Numbered from the stretch's first letter, positions 51,871 through 62,999 are shown. The stretch: 64,000 nt of DNA from Bacteroidia bacterium (GCA_044239605.1 JBIIBC010000002.1:135441-199440), one strand, 5' to 3'. The notes: generated by a model not told the origin, from the sequence alone. A program made the numbers and translations.

Positions 51871-52611
51871 ATGAAAGCCATAATAATTGACGATGAAAAC
51901 AAAGCAAGACAATTGCTAACAGCTATGCTTGCTAATTACTGCGCAGATGTAGAAATTTTGGCTGTTTGCGATGATTTACCTAATGGTGTAAAAGCCATAA
52001 AAAAACACCAACCAGAATTGGTATTTTTAGATATAGAAATGCCAGGACATAGTGGATTAGAATTAATTGATTTTTTTGAAGCAGATGAGATAAATTTTGA
52101 TATAATTTTTACCACTGCCTATAATCAATATGCCATTGATGCCTTTAAATTACAAGCGGTTGATTATATTTTAAAACCCATTATGTTTCAGCACTTAATT
52201 GATGCTGTAAACAGGGCAAAAAGTAAGCAAGAAAAAAATAATTATACCTACCAATTACTAAAACATCAATTAAGCAAAGAGGGTGCAAAAAAAATTGGTA
52301 TTCCTCAATTGAATGGAATTAGGTTTTTAGAACCTACTGAAGTTATTTATTTTAAAGGTGATAGAGCTTATACCGAAATATATTTAAAAGATGGTTCTCA
52401 AATTTTAGCTAGTCGAAATTTAAAATATTTTGAAGATGTGTTAGCCAATCATTTAATGTTTTTTAGATGCCATAAATCGTATATAGTTAATACCAATTAT
52501 ATAACAGAATACATCAAGTCGGATGGTGGTTATTTAGTAGTAAATAAAAACATACAAATAGGTGTATCAGGCGAAAAAATTAGTACTTTACTAGAAATGA
52601 TTAATGCCTAA
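51871..52611 (+). CDS. LytTR-family response regulator (REC plus LytTR DNA-binding domain)
   Basis: REC domain with phospho-acceptor Asp (FLDIEMPG). C-terminal LytTR (IYFKGDRAYTEIYLKDGS...FRCHKSYIVN). Confidence 0.85.
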   Translation: MKAIIIDDENKARQLLTAMLANYCADVEILAVCDDLPNGVKAIKKHQPELVFLDIEMPGHSGLELIDFFEADEINFDIIFTTAYNQYAIDAFKLQAVDYILKPIMFQHLIDAVNRAKSKQEKNNYTYQLLKHQLSKEGAKKIGIPQLNGIRFLEPTEVIYFKGDRAYTEIYLKDGSQILASRNLKYFEDVLANHLMFFRCHKSYIVNTNYITEYIKSDGGYLVVNKNIQIGVSGEKISTLLEMINA

Positions 52612-52991
52612 CAACTAAAAAACTAAAAGTATCTATTTTATATTAGCCATAAAACAATGTACATTTGCCCTTGAAAGGTCGGTGTAATATTTGAAAAAAA
52701 TTAATACTAATTTTATTACAGCTGAACCGCTTTGCCAAAACCAGGCTTTTTTACCCTAGTGGGATTTTTAGTAACTTGTTATTAAAGACGTTAGAAGGTT
52801 GCGGCTCCTGTGGAGGCTAAATCCTATTCATTTACGGATTTTTATCAAAAGCCGGCCTTTCTATTTCGTCAGTCCAAGCAAAGTCAAGAACTACCATAAT
52901 ATTGAAAAAATTAAATTTTAATCTTATGATGCACTTTTAATATTAACTAGTTTTTGAATTCGCTGGTTCCTTCATCAATATTAAAACATTA

Positions 52992-53426
52992 TCATTGTAA
53001 CTTACCCATTTCCCTTAATTTTTGGGCTAATTCCTCGCCATACATATCAAAATTAGAAGAATCTAATGAAATTATTTTACTTTGAGTTAGGTAAAATCTT
53101 AAGTATACCCTGCGTTGAAGTTTAAGCATATTTAATTCTCTAACAGATTTAATTTTACTAATTTGTTCCCATTTAAAACTGCCATATTGGTATAATTTAA
53201 TTTGTTCATCATCTGCCTCAATCGCATATTTCTCTGACTTGATGTATCTTACAAGTGCCAAAACAATCAACACATAAACCAAACATGTAATTACAACTCC
53301 CCATACATAGCCACAATAATTACTAAAAAACATAAATATGAATGGAAACATGGCTATCAATAAAAACAATGCCACGTAATTTGAAGTGTCCTTAACTTGA
53401 ATTTTATTTGTCGTCATTTTATACAA
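52992..53426 (-). CDS. Hypothetical membrane protein: two TM helices plus a small PH-like soluble domain. Same architecture as 5944..6402.
   Basis: TM helices ALFLLIAMFPFIFMFF and VVITCLVYVLIVLALV. Confidence 0.4.
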   Translation of the reverse strand: MYKMTTNKIQVKDTSNYVALFLLIAMFPFIFMFFSNYCGYVWGVVITCLVYVLIVLALVRYIKSEKYAIEADDEQIKLYQYGSFKWEQISKIKSVRELNMLKLQRRVYLRFYLTQSKIISLDSSNFDMYGEELAQKLREMGKLQ

Positions 53427-53478
53427 AAAAAGCTACTCCAATAATTGAAGTAGCTTTAGTTTATAAGGTAATTAAATT

Positions 53479-54624
53479 TTAGTCTTTTAATACACTTCTT
53501 GCAATAACTAGTTTTTGAATTTCGCTAGTTCCCTCGCCAATGGTACATAATTTTGAATCGCGGTAAAATTTCTCTACAGGGAAATCTTTAGTATATCCAT
53601 AGCCACCAAATATTTGTATAGCCTCAGTAGCTGCCCATACGCATACTTCCGATGCATAGTATTTAGCCATAGCACTTTCTTTGGTCATTGGTAAACCACG
53701 CATTTTTAAATCGGCTGCTTGTAAAGTTAATAACTCAGCTGCTTCAATTTTTACAGCCATATCGGCTAATTTAAATGCAATGGCTTGAAAATTAGAAATT
53801 GGTTGACCAAACTGATGACGCTCTTTTGAGTATTTTAAAGCAGCTTCGTAACTTCCTTTAGCTATTCCTAAACTTAATGAAGCAATTGAAATTCTACCAC
53901 CATCTAATATTTTCATGGCTTGTTTAAAACCATCACCTACATTTCCTAAAACTTGGTCTTTGTGTATGCGGCAATCTTCAAAAATCATTTCAGCAGTTTC
54001 GCTAGCGCGCATACCTAATTTGTTTTCTTTTTTACCACCTTTAAAACCCGGAGTTCCACGTTCTACCACAAAAGCAGTAATTCCATGCGAATCTAATAAT
54101 TCGCCAGTACGCGCTAAAACTACAGCTACATCGCCAGTAATACCATGAGTAATCCAGTTTTTCGAACCGTTTAATACCCAATAATCACCATCTTGTTTAG
54201 CTACACATTGCATACGCATAGCATCACTACCAGTATTGGCTTCGGTTAAACCCCAAGCACCTATCCACTCGCCAGTAGCTAATTTAGGCAACCAACGCTT
54301 TTTTTGTTCTTCGTTTCCAAATTGTAGAATATGGCCTGTACATAAACTGTTATGAGCAGCCATACTTAATCCTACCGAACTACAAACTTTAGTAATTTCA
54401 ACTATAGCAGTTATGTATTCAAAATAACCTAATCCAGCTCCACCATATTCTTCAGGTACCAACACTCCCAATAAACCCAGTTTACCCATTTCTTGCATGG
54501 TTTCTTTTGGGAAAATTTGCGCTTCGTCCCATTCCATTACGTAAGGGCGAATGTGTTTTTCTGCGAAATCGCGCGCCATTTGCGCTACCATTGTTTGATT
54601 TTCTGTTGGCTCAAAATTAAGCAT
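53479..54624 (-). CDS. Acyl-CoA dehydrogenase (short/branched-chain type)
   Basis: ACAD N-terminal, middle and C-terminal domain motifs ([14 protein letters not shown], catalytic Glu near GEGTSEIQ). Confidence 0.9.
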   Translation of the reverse strand: MLNFEPTENQTMVAQMARDFAEKHIRPYVMEWDEAQIFPKETMQEMGKLGLLGVLVPEEYGGAGLGYFEYITAIVEITKVCSSVGLSMAAHNSLCTGHILQFGNEEQKKRWLPKLATGEWIGAWGLTEANTGSDAMRMQCVAKQDGDYWVLNGSKNWITHGITGDVAVVLARTGELLDSHGITAFVVERGTPGFKGGKKENKLGMRASETAEMIFEDCRIHKDQVLGNVGDGFKQAMKILDGGRISIASLSLGIAKGSYEAALKYSKERHQFGQPISNFQAIAFKLADMAVKIEAAELLTLQAADLKMRGLPMTKESAMAKYYASEVCVWAATEAIQIFGGYGYTKDFPVEKFYRDSKLCTIGEGTSEIQKLVIARSVLKD

Positions 54625-54936
54625 AAGTAATTATTATTTAGTTTTTAAGTTTTGGCAATGATACTTAATTAAAGTATAAATTAGAATGATTTTTAGTTTA
54701 AGAGCAACCAATATAAAAAAAATCATTTATAAAAACTTCAAAAAGGTTAAATAAGCGTTTAAAACATAAAACAAACTAATTCAATCAATAAAATTTATTA
54801 ACACAATATTGTTATTTAAATGAATTGAAAACCGAATTAAATAAAATAAATTGCAACCTAGATAAATTTTTTTTACAAATAAAGAAAACAAAGTAGTTAC
54901 GGAATTAGTTAGTACCACTATTAAACAAAGTTATTT

Positions 54937-56103
54937 ATGTTTACCAATCAGGACGTTAACTTAACAATTTTACAAAAAAGAGCATTTAATTTACGTTGGG
55001 CTTCAGTACCTGAAGGTGTAATTCCATTAACTGCCGCTGATCCAGATTTTCCATGTGCCCCTCAGATAGGCGAAGCAATTAGTAAATATGCCAAAGAAAG
55101 ATATTTTTCATATGCTCCCTCCGAAGGGTTTGATTATTTTAGAGAAGCTGTAGCTAATTTCCACTCTTTAAAACGTAATGTAATCACTAATCCTGATTTA
55201 GTTTTAGCTGTTGATAGCGCTGCTTATGGTATTTACATGGTTTGTAAAACATTTTTGAAGCCAAATGAGGAGGCAATTGTATTTAATCCAGTTGATTTTT
55301 TATTTAAATATTCAGTAGAGGCCATGCAGGGGAGAGCAGTACCTTTTGCAGTTCCGTTAAATCCAAATGAAGGTTTAAACACTGCTGAATTTGAAAAATT
55401 AATAACACCACAAACTAAACTAATTTGTTTGTGCAATCCTATCAATCCAACCGGACGTGTTTTAACTAAAGAGGAACTTACAATAATTGGCAACATTGCA
55501 GTAAAACATAATATCATAATTCTCTCAGATGAAATTTGGAGTGATATTATATTTGAACCAAATACATATACCAGCATTGCTTCTATAAATGAAAGTATTG
55601 CTCAACAAACGATTATAGTCACAGGTTACAGTAAATCATATGGCTTGGCAGGATTAAGAGTAGGCTCAGTGATTGCACCCAATCAAACTTTATATAACTT
55701 ACTTTTATTAAAATCCGAACATCTTTCAACTGTTCATGGCTGCAATGTTTTAGCTCAAGTTGCAGTTACAACTGCTTTAAATGAATGTCAAGATTGGTTA
55801 TCAAATTTTGTAACCCACCTTACAAAAATGAGGGATTTGTGTGTTACTGAATTAAATAAAATAAATGGTATTGAATGCCTTGTTCCACAAGGTTGTTATT
55901 TAGTTTTTCCTGATATTTCTAAAACAGGTATGGATGCGCAAACTTTACAAACAATTTTATTAGAAAAAGCAAAAGTAGCTGTGGTACCTGGGCTTGGTAA
56001 ATGGTTTGGAGAAAGAGCTCAAGGCCATATAAGATTAAGTTTTGCAACTTCTGAAGATATTTTAAAAGACGGTTTATTTAGAATTTCAAAAGCATTGAAC
56101 TAA
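54937..56103 (+). CDS. PLP-dependent aminotransferase, class I/II fold
   Basis: PLP-lysine motif SKSYGLAGLRVG. About 390 aa. Confidence 0.8.
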   Translation: MFTNQDVNLTILQKRAFNLRWASVPEGVIPLTAADPDFPCAPQIGEAISKYAKERYFSYAPSEGFDYFREAVANFHSLKRNVITNPDLVLAVDSAAYGIYMVCKTFLKPNEEAIVFNPVDFLFKYSVEAMQGRAVPFAVPLNPNEGLNTAEFEKLITPQTKLICLCNPINPTGRVLTKEELTIIGNIAVKHNIIILSDEIWSDIIFEPNTYTSIASINESIAQQTIIVTGYSKSYGLAGLRVGSVIAPNQTLYNLLLLKSEHLSTVHGCNVLAQVAVTTALNECQDWLSNFVTHLTKMRDLCVTELNKINGIECLVPQGCYLVFPDISKTGMDAQTLQTILLEKAKVAVVPGLGKWFGERAQGHIRLSFATSEDILKDGLFRISKALN

Positions 56104-56105
56104 TT

Positions 56106-58034
56106 ATGAAAGTGGTAATAATTGGTAGTGGTATTGCTGGTTTAGCATTAGGAACTATTTTAAGTCAAAATGGATATACTGTTTCCATAAATGAGAGAGA
56201 TAGCGAACTGATTAGAAATGGTCATGCCTTTTTAATGCATCCTGACGCAATGGATGTATTGAATATCATTTCAAACTACCAACCACAATTCGAAATACCA
56301 GGTCAGGTTATTGATAAAATTGTATTGAAACGTCCTGATGATAGCATCATCCAATCTACTGAATTAGAATCTTGGATCTGCATGAAGAGGGTGGATATTA
56401 TCAAATACTTAAGTTCATTTCTAAAGGAAAACGAACTTCATTACAATAGAAATTTTTCGCATTTTATTTATGAAAATGATAAAGCCATAGCTGTACAATT
56501 TTTAAATGGAGATATTGAATATGGAGATATTTTTATAGGTGCAGATGGCGCTAAATCAAATGTAAGGAAAGCCCTTTTTGGAGAAGTAACTTTTACTTCA
56601 GTAGAAGTTAAAGAAATTGTTGGAGTTATTACCAATCCTTCCTTAGTAGCCAAACTACCAAGTACATTTACAAAATATATGAGTGTTGATAAAGGCTTAG
56701 CTGTTGGGCTTATTCCTTGTTCGGATACCGAAATGGTTTGGTTCATGCAGTATGACGTAAAACTTCAAACACAAAAAGAATTTTCGCCAGAATGCTTAAA
56801 AGCACTAAGTTTTGATTTATTACAAAACTTCCCAGAAGAGGTACAAGAAGTGCTTCAATCTAATAATTTCGCCAATAATTTTGTGTGGTATTCAACCGAC
56901 TTTGATTTGATGCCATCTTTTCATAAAGGCAATGTAGCGTTGATTGGAGATGCAGCACATGTTGCATTACCTTTTACAAGTGCAGGCACAACCAATGCCT
57001 TAATTGATGCGCATAAAATGGCAGAATTACTTTTAGAAAACGCTAATTTTGATTTTGTATGCAATATGTTTTACAATGACAGGGCAAAACAGTTAAAGGA
57101 ACATATCAATTTAGGTAGGGAAATTAAAAATAATTTTTTGAACGCATCAAAACATAAAATTAAATTACCTCTAATCAAACAGTTAAAGGAAGCAGGTAAA
57201 ATAATTGAACCTAAAATAGAAATTCTTTATTTTACTGATCCTATCTGTTCAACATGTTGGTTAGTGCAGCCACAGTTAAGAAAACTTTCATTAAAGTATG
57301 GCAAATATTTTGAAATAAAATATCACATGGGCGGATTACTTCCAAATTGGGAGGTTTTAAAAAACAAAAAGGGCAAAATTACACAACCCAGTGAAGCTGC
57401 AGAACATTGGCAAGAAATTTCTGAAACTCACGATATGCCCATTTCACCAAATGTATGGTTAAACTCGCCTTTAGCCTCCTCTTTTCCTCCTTCTATTGCT
57501 ATTAAAGCTGCACAAATGCAAAACAAAATTAAAGCTTTTCATTACCATAGAAGAATTAAAGAACTCTTATTTATAGAAAGTAAAAACATCACAGATATAG
57601 AGCTACTTTTTAATACCGCCAAAGAGGTGGGACTTGATGTAGAAAAACTTAAAAACGATATCAATAAAAGTGCAATTGTTAAATTTGAAGAGGATTTACA
57701 ATATGCTGCACAATTAAATATTACGGTACTTCCGACATTTATTTTATCAAACGAATTCAACGAAAAAATAATACTGAATGGTTATCAAGAATATGATATT
57801 ATGGAAAAAGCCATTTTGGATTTATACCCACTTGCTCAAAAGGATAATACTGTCAGAAAACCACTTGATCTTTTTAAAATATACCAAAGTATGACAACTC
57901 ACGAATTTTCGTATTTGATGGAAATAGATAAAATGGAGGCAGAAAATATTTTAGAGAATTTGGCTCATTCAGGATTAGTTAATAGAAAAAAGAATAATAC
58001 TGGCACTATTTGGAAACTAAATTACAGTAACTGA
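56106..58034 (+). CDS. Fusion protein: FAD-dependent monooxygenase (N-terminus) plus DsbA/FrnE-like thioredoxin-fold domain with CxxC, plus a small C-terminal helical (winged-helix-like?) domain
   Basis: Dinucleotide motif MKVVIIGSGIAGLALG. The DG and GDAAH motifs of flavin monooxygenases. Then a CSTC active site and a cis-Pro loop (ITVLPTF). Starts 2 bp after the aminotransferase stop. Confidence 0.65.
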   Translation: MKVVIIGSGIAGLALGTILSQNGYTVSINERDSELIRNGHAFLMHPDAMDVLNIISNYQPQFEIPGQVIDKIVLKRPDDSIIQSTELESWICMKRVDIIKYLSSFLKENELHYNRNFSHFIYENDKAIAVQFLNGDIEYGDIFIGADGAKSNVRKALFGEVTFTSVEVKEIVGVITNPSLVAKLPSTFTKYMSVDKGLAVGLIPCSDTEMVWFMQYDVKLQTQKEFSPECLKALSFDLLQNFPEEVQEVLQSNNFANNFVWYSTDFDLMPSFHKGNVALIGDAAHVALPFTSAGTTNALIDAHKMAELLLENANFDFVCNMFYNDRAKQLKEHINLGREIKNNFLNASKHKIKLPLIKQLKEAGKIIEPKIEILYFTDPICSTCWLVQPQLRKLSLKYGKYFEIKYHMGGLLPNWEVLKNKKGKITQPSEAAEHWQEISETHDMPISPNVWLNSPLASSFPPSIAIKAAQMQNKIKAFHYHRRIKELLFIESKNITDIELLFNTAKEVGLDVEKLKNDINKSAIVKFEEDLQYAAQLNITVLPTFILSNEFNEKIILNGYQEYDIMEKAILDLYPLAQKDNTVRKPLDLFKIYQSMTTHEFSYLMEIDKMEAENILENLAHSGLVNRKKNNTGTIWKLNYSN

Positions 58035-58069
58035 TAATGAGGTAATGTTCAGTTACTAAAGGTAAATAA

Positions 58070-58963
58070 TTATTCTATTACACCATAAATTTTTATAAGG
58101 TTTAATATCGAATCATTAATTACTTTAATTTTTAACAAGTCATTAAAATTAGTATACTTACCATGTTGGTTTCTATAATTCACCAAAATACGAGCCAGTT
58201 TGTATTTAAAATATGGATGCGTTTTAAGTTCGTTTTCTGTTACAGTATTGAGGTTAATACGCTTGGCCTTATTGGCATCTACATATATTTTACCTTGTAA
58301 ATCGTATAAAATATCTTCATCAAAACCCCAAATTTCGGTTAATTGATTTAAGTTTAAAAAACCACCTAATTGTTTTCTGTAAACAATAATTTTAGAGGCC
58401 AATTTTGGACCAATTCTATACAATTTAACCAAGGAAGCAGAATCAGCAGCATTCAATTCCAATGGTTCAACTGTTTTTTTCTTTGCTACTTTCGCAGAAT
58501 CAGCAAACGATTTTTTGCTTTGAAAACTATTTTCAATTTGAATAAAACTGGATAGCTTATTGACTAAACTAGTATCTAGTCCATATATTTTTTTCAGGCC
58601 TTCAATTGATTTTATTTTACCACCTTTACTCAAATAGTTTTTAAGCGTGGCAATATTATTTTTAGAAAAACCCAATTGCATTAATTCATTTTCAGTTGCA
58701 TTATTTGGATCAAAGACAAAAGGTTCTTCAGTAATATTTTCAGATACACTAAATCCAACATTTTTATTTAATGAATCAAGTTCAGCTAGCTGATTGATGG
58801 TTATTTTTAAATCATTTTTAGGCTTAAAATAACGATATAAACTTGGGGCAAAAATTATTAAAACCAATATTCCGGATAGCAGAATAATTCCTTTACGTTC
58901 ACTTGGTGAAAAGTAAAAGTACATTTTAATAAATTTTTCAAGCCTATGTTTAGAATTCTTCAT
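58070..58963 (-). CDS. comEA: ComEA-like helix-hairpin-helix DNA-binding protein with N-terminal TM anchor
   Basis: TM helix GIILLSGILVLIIF. Three or more HhH-like segments (LNAADSASLVKLYRIGPKLASKII; NLNTVTENELKTHPY...LARILVNYR). Confidence 0.5.
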   Translation of the reverse strand: MKNSKHRLEKFIKMYFYFSPSERKGIILLSGILVLIIFAPSLYRYFKPKNDLKITINQLAELDSLNKNVGFSVSENITEEPFVFDPNNATENELMQLGFSKNNIATLKNYLSKGGKIKSIEGLKKIYGLDTSLVNKLSSFIQIENSFQSKKSFADSAKVAKKKTVEPLELNAADSASLVKLYRIGPKLASKIIVYRKQLGGFLNLNQLTEIWGFDEDILYDLQGKIYVDANKAKRINLNTVTENELKTHPYFKYKLARILVNYRNQHGKYTNFNDLLKIKVINDSILNLIKIYGVIE

Positions 58964-59153
58964 CTCGCCTGCGTTGACGTGGGGGATTTATTTTAGGGTT
59001 TTTTATAAAAAAAATATAAAGCATTAGAAAAACAAATGCTGCACCAAATGTTTCACAAATAAACCAAAACCAAAAACTTGACTGTTCTGGTTCTGAAGCT
59101 AATTTAGGAACTTCGGCTTGTAATAAAATCAAGAAATTTAGCATCTGTTCAAT

Positions 59154-60062
59154 TTAATTAATCTGTTGTTTTAACTGTTCATTTAATAATGCCAAGCCTT
59201 GTTCAAAAGTGTGCGGATTATAACCAAGTTCTTTGCGTGCTTTATCTAAAATAAAACCAGTTATAGGTGGACGTTTAGCGGGTTGTTTAATACCCTCACT
59301 CGTACTCATGTTTAGCAAATTTTTATCTAATTTCCAAAAATCAGCTACTTTATATACCAAGTCATAAATACTCATAAAATCACTTCCACTGATATTAAAT
59401 ACACCTTGTGCTTTTTTATCAGCAGCTAATTTACAACCCATTGCTAAATCTTCAGCCAAAGTTGGTGTTCTAAATTGATCAGACACTACATTAATTGGTT
59501 TACCACTTTCTAATGCTCCTTTAGCCCAAAGTACTATATTACTTCTGCTCATATCACTCACTATTCCATATACCAAAACAGTACGTAAAATACTCCAGCT
59601 TTTTGCATTATTTATTACCTCTTCTTCTCCCCTTAACTTCGACAAGCCATAATAACTAACAGGATTAGGTTTTTCCGTTTCTAGTAATGGCCCATGAGTT
59701 CCATCAAAAATAAAATCAGTCGAAACCTGCACAAAGTGAACATTATAAATATTACATGCGTTTACCAAATATTTAACCGCATCAATATTTAATTGATCAC
59801 AAGCCACTTTTTCACTTTCACAAATATCCACATTGGTCATAGCTGCAGTATTAATTACTACTTCAGGTTGATGCTTGGCAATAATTTGAGCCACTTCATC
59901 AGCATTAGTAATATCTAAACTTTCGTATGTATATCCATTCTTATCTGAATACCTATTATCTCCTCGTGCAGTTGCAATCAACTCATATTCGCTATTGTTT
60001 TTATATAAATCAATTAACTTTTGACCTAATAAACCATTGCTTCCTGTTATTAATATTTTCAT
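59154..60062 (-). CDS. NAD(P)-dependent SDR-fold oxidoreductase, dTDP-4-dehydrorhamnose reductase (RmlD)-like
   Basis: MKILITGSNGLLGQKL Rossmann motif. YxxxK (YGLSK). About 300 aa. Confidence 0.6.
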   Translation of the reverse strand: MKILITGSNGLLGQKLIDLYKNNSEYELIATARGDNRYSDKNGYTYESLDITNADEVAQIIAKHQPEVVINTAAMTNVDICESEKVACDQLNIDAVKYLVNACNIYNVHFVQVSTDFIFDGTHGPLLETEKPNPVSYYGLSKLRGEEEVINNAKSWSILRTVLVYGIVSDMSRSNIVLWAKGALESGKPINVVSDQFRTPTLAEDLAMGCKLAADKKAQGVFNISGSDFMSIYDLVYKVADFWKLDKNLLNMSTSEGIKQPAKRPPITGFILDKARKELGYNPHTFEQGLALLNEQLKQQIN

Positions 60063-60083
60063 TTGTATAATTGTTAGTTATAA

Positions 60084-61568
60084 TTAATAAGCTTTTGCAA
60101 ACAATACTCTTTGTGTAGAAGGTTTGCCTGTTAATACACACACACCATCTTCTTGAACATTATTTAATGGCACACAACGGATAGTGGCTTTGCTTAAGTC
60201 TTTAATTTTTTCTTCAGTTTCGCCAGTTCCATCCCAATGCGCGCTTACAAAACCAGTTTTATTTTCAATGGCATCCATAAATTCATCCCAATTATTTACG
60301 CTATGAATATGTGAATTTCTATATTCCAATGCTTTATTATAAATGCTATTTTGAATTTCTTCTAATAAATTGCTGATAGTTTCAGATAAATTTTCTGCAC
60401 TTATAATTTCTTTTGTTTTGGTATCGCGTCTGGCTAATTCTACATTGCCTGCAGCCACATCTCTTGGGCCAATTGCTATGCGCAAAGGCACACCTTTTAA
60501 CTCATAATCTGCAAATTTATAACCAGGAGAAATTCCATCTCTATCGTCTAATTTTACTAAAATGCCTTTGGCTTTTAATGCCGTAAAATATTCACGAGCT
60601 TTATCTAAAACCAATGCTTTTTCGTCTTCTTTTTTACCTGTAATTGGCACAATTACAACTTGTATTGGAGCTAATTTTGGAGGTAAAACCAATCCTTCAT
60701 CATCGCTATGGCTCATAATTAATGCGCCCATTAAGCGGGTAGAAACGCCCCAACTGGTAGCCCAAACGTAATCTTTAACGTTTTCTTTGCTCACAAATTT
60801 TACATCAAATGCTTTGGCAAAATTTTGGCCTAAAAAGTGACTGGTTCCCATTTGTAATGCTTTTCCATCTTGCATCAATCCTTCAATACAAAAAGTTTCA
60901 TCAGCACCAGCAAAACGTTCGTTTTCGGTTTTTACACCTTTTACCACAGGCACCGCCATGATGTTTTCAGCAAAATCAGCATACACTTCAAGCATTTGCT
61001 TGGTTTCAGCCAATGCTTCTTCTTTGGTAGCATGTGCGGTGTGTCCTTCTTGCCATAAAAACTCTGCTGTGCGTAAAAACAAACGTGTGCGCATTTCCCA
61101 ACGCACCACATTAGCCCATTGGTTAATTAAAATAGGTAAATCGCGGTAGCTTTGAATCCAATCACGGTAGGTATTCCAAATAATAGCCTCACTTGTTGGG
61201 CGAACAATTAGTTCTTCTTCTAATTTTGCTTCAGGATCAACCATTAATTTACCTGGTCTTTCTGGATCAGTTTTTAAACGATAATGGGTAACAATGGCAC
61301 ATTCTTTAGCAAAACCTTCTGCATTTTTTTCTTCCGCCTCAAATAAACTTTTGGGTACAAATAATGGGAAATAAGCATTTTGATGACCAGTTTCCTTAAA
61401 CCTTCTATCTAATTCAGCTTGCATTTTTTCCCAAATGGCATAACCATAAGGCTTAATTACCATACAGCCTTTTACTGCTGAATGTTGCGCTAAATCTGCT
61501 TGTTCTACTAAATTATTATACCACGCTGAATAGTTTTCGCTGCGTTTTACTTTTTTAAATTCTGCCAT
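60084..61568 (-). CDS. proS: Proline--tRNA ligase, archaeal/eukaryotic-type
   Basis: Class II motifs (FRDE-like, [19 protein letters not shown]). C-terminal Zn-binding-like domain. 494 aa, typical of Bacteroidota ProS. Confidence 0.9.
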   Translation of the reverse strand: MAEFKKVKRSENYSAWYNNLVEQADLAQHSAVKGCMVIKPYGYAIWEKMQAELDRRFKETGHQNAYFPLFVPKSLFEAEEKNAEGFAKECAIVTHYRLKTDPERPGKLMVDPEAKLEEELIVRPTSEAIIWNTYRDWIQSYRDLPILINQWANVVRWEMRTRLFLRTAEFLWQEGHTAHATKEEALAETKQMLEVYADFAENIMAVPVVKGVKTENERFAGADETFCIEGLMQDGKALQMGTSHFLGQNFAKAFDVKFVSKENVKDYVWATSWGVSTRLMGALIMSHSDDEGLVLPPKLAPIQVVIVPITGKKEDEKALVLDKAREYFTALKAKGILVKLDDRDGISPGYKFADYELKGVPLRIAIGPRDVAAGNVELARRDTKTKEIISAENLSETISNLLEEIQNSIYNKALEYRNSHIHSVNNWDEFMDAIENKTGFVSAHWDGTGETEEKIKDLSKATIRCVPLNNVQEDGVCVLTGKPSTQRVLFAKAY

Positions 61569-61661
61569 AATTATTAATCGTGCCGCGAATGTAAGGATTG
61601 AAACACGAAATATAAATTATGGAAGTAAAAAATTAAACCGAATAAAACAGTTTGGTAAAAA

Positions 61662-62801
61662 CTACCAATTTTTGTGTTGCTTTTTTAGTAAACCAATAGT
61701 TCCAAAGATGTAAATATAGCACACAAACAAAAAGTCCAATAGTATCAAAAACCAAGTTAAATTTTGGTATTTAAGTTTTTTAAATGCCATAAAATAAACT
61801 ACGGATTGGCAAATTAATTTAAACAAATAAACACCTAAAAGTATTTTCCAAAAATTGATATCATTAACTAACAATGCAATAATAGAGATGTAAAAAAATA
61901 AGTTTGATGCATAAAAACCACCTAACAATAATTTATGAATGGGTTTATAGAACTTCCCTGTGCTGTTGTGTCTCGATTTCTGGCGAGTCCACTCACTAAA
62001 TGTTTTTTTACTTTCTGTGTAAACAAAACTATCAGGGTTTAATTGAATAGCAACATTACTGGCATTAGCAGCTCTATTTACAAACAAATCATCATCACCA
62101 CTCAAAATATGTTGGTGCGAGGCAAAACCTTTTTGTTTAAAAAACAACTCGCGGGTGTATGCTAAATTACGGCCAACACCCATAAAAGTATTTTTATTGA
62201 TTGCTGCCGAAAAATAAAACATACCCGTAATGGCACTTTCAAAACGAGCCAATAAGTTTACAAATCCTTTTTGAGCTACATAAGGCGAAAATCCTAATAC
62301 CAGTTGTTTGTTATTTTCAAACTTACTAGCCATCAAACTCAACCATTGATTACTCGCAGGTTTACAGTCGGCATCTGTAAATAGCATATTTTCAAATTGA
62401 GCTGCTTTAATACCAATTGTTAATGCAAATTTTTTACCTGTTGGATATTTTTCTTGCTCTTTAAGTTGGCTAATTTTTAGATGAGGATATACTTCTTGGT
62501 AATATTCTAACAGCTTTTGACTTTCATCCCAACTGCAATCATTAACTACAATTACTTCAAAATTAGGATAATCTTGCTCTAGTATTGATTTCAAGTTTTT
62601 CTCTAAATTTTTGTATTCATTTCTTGCAGCAATAATTATTGATACATTTGGTTTAATATTATTAACAAATGTAACAGGCTTATATGTTCCTAACTTTAGA
62701 AAGTAAAAAAAGTAATAATACAAAAGCACACAAGTGCTTAGTAACAAAATGATTAGTATTAATATATTGATGTAGTTGAATGTAATATTCATAAAGCGCA
62801 A
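61662..62801 (-). CDS. Family 2 glycosyltransferase, membrane-associated
   Basis: VSIIIAARNEYKNL...VIVVNDCSWDES...TDADC (DxD). C-terminal TM helices. Confidence 0.8.
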   Translation of the reverse strand: MRFMNITFNYINILILIILLLSTCVLLYYYFFYFLKLGTYKPVTFVNNIKPNVSIIIAARNEYKNLEKNLKSILEQDYPNFEVIVVNDCSWDESQKLLEYYQEVYPHLKISQLKEQEKYPTGKKFALTIGIKAAQFENMLFTDADCKPASNQWLSLMASKFENNKQLVLGFSPYVAQKGFVNLLARFESAITGMFYFSAAINKNTFMGVGRNLAYTRELFFKQKGFASHQHILSGDDDLFVNRAANASNVAIQLNPDSFVYTESKKTFSEWTRQKSRHNSTGKFYKPIHKLLLGGFYASNLFFYISIIALLVNDINFWKILLGVYLFKLICQSVVYFMAFKKLKYQNLTWFLILLDFLFVCYIYIFGTIGLLKKQHKNW

Positions 62802-62873
62802 ATGTAATGGTGCACAAATCCAAATACATTCTAATTTTTAAACAATGTGTTGATTGTTCTTTTTGTTTAAAAT

Positions 62874-62911
62874 AAAAAACACCACTTCAAATAAATGAAA
62901 TGGTGTTTTTT
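62874..62911 (-). terminator. Hairpin with 11-bp stem (aaaaaacacca/tggtgtttttt) flanked by T-runs on both strands
   Basis: Seen directly downstream of the 63000.. gene. Confidence 0.5.
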
Positions 62912-62999
62912 TATTAAGTCAGTTCTCGTCCGATAGCTTTTGAGTTTCGCTCGAACTGATCTAATTCAATCGAACTAACTTTAATTTAATTGGCAAAAA

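Noticed and set aside
52612-52991. tRNA or tmRNA candidate in a GC-richer intergenic region
   Set aside because: No GTTCRANYC T-loop, no acceptor-stem pairing and no tmRNA tag-reading frame could be found by eye.
58950-59144. 64-aa ORF with one hydrophobic helix between comEA-like and rmlD-like genes
   Set aside because: It could be a real small membrane protein, but it overlaps the comEA-like start and has no other support, so it was left uncalled.
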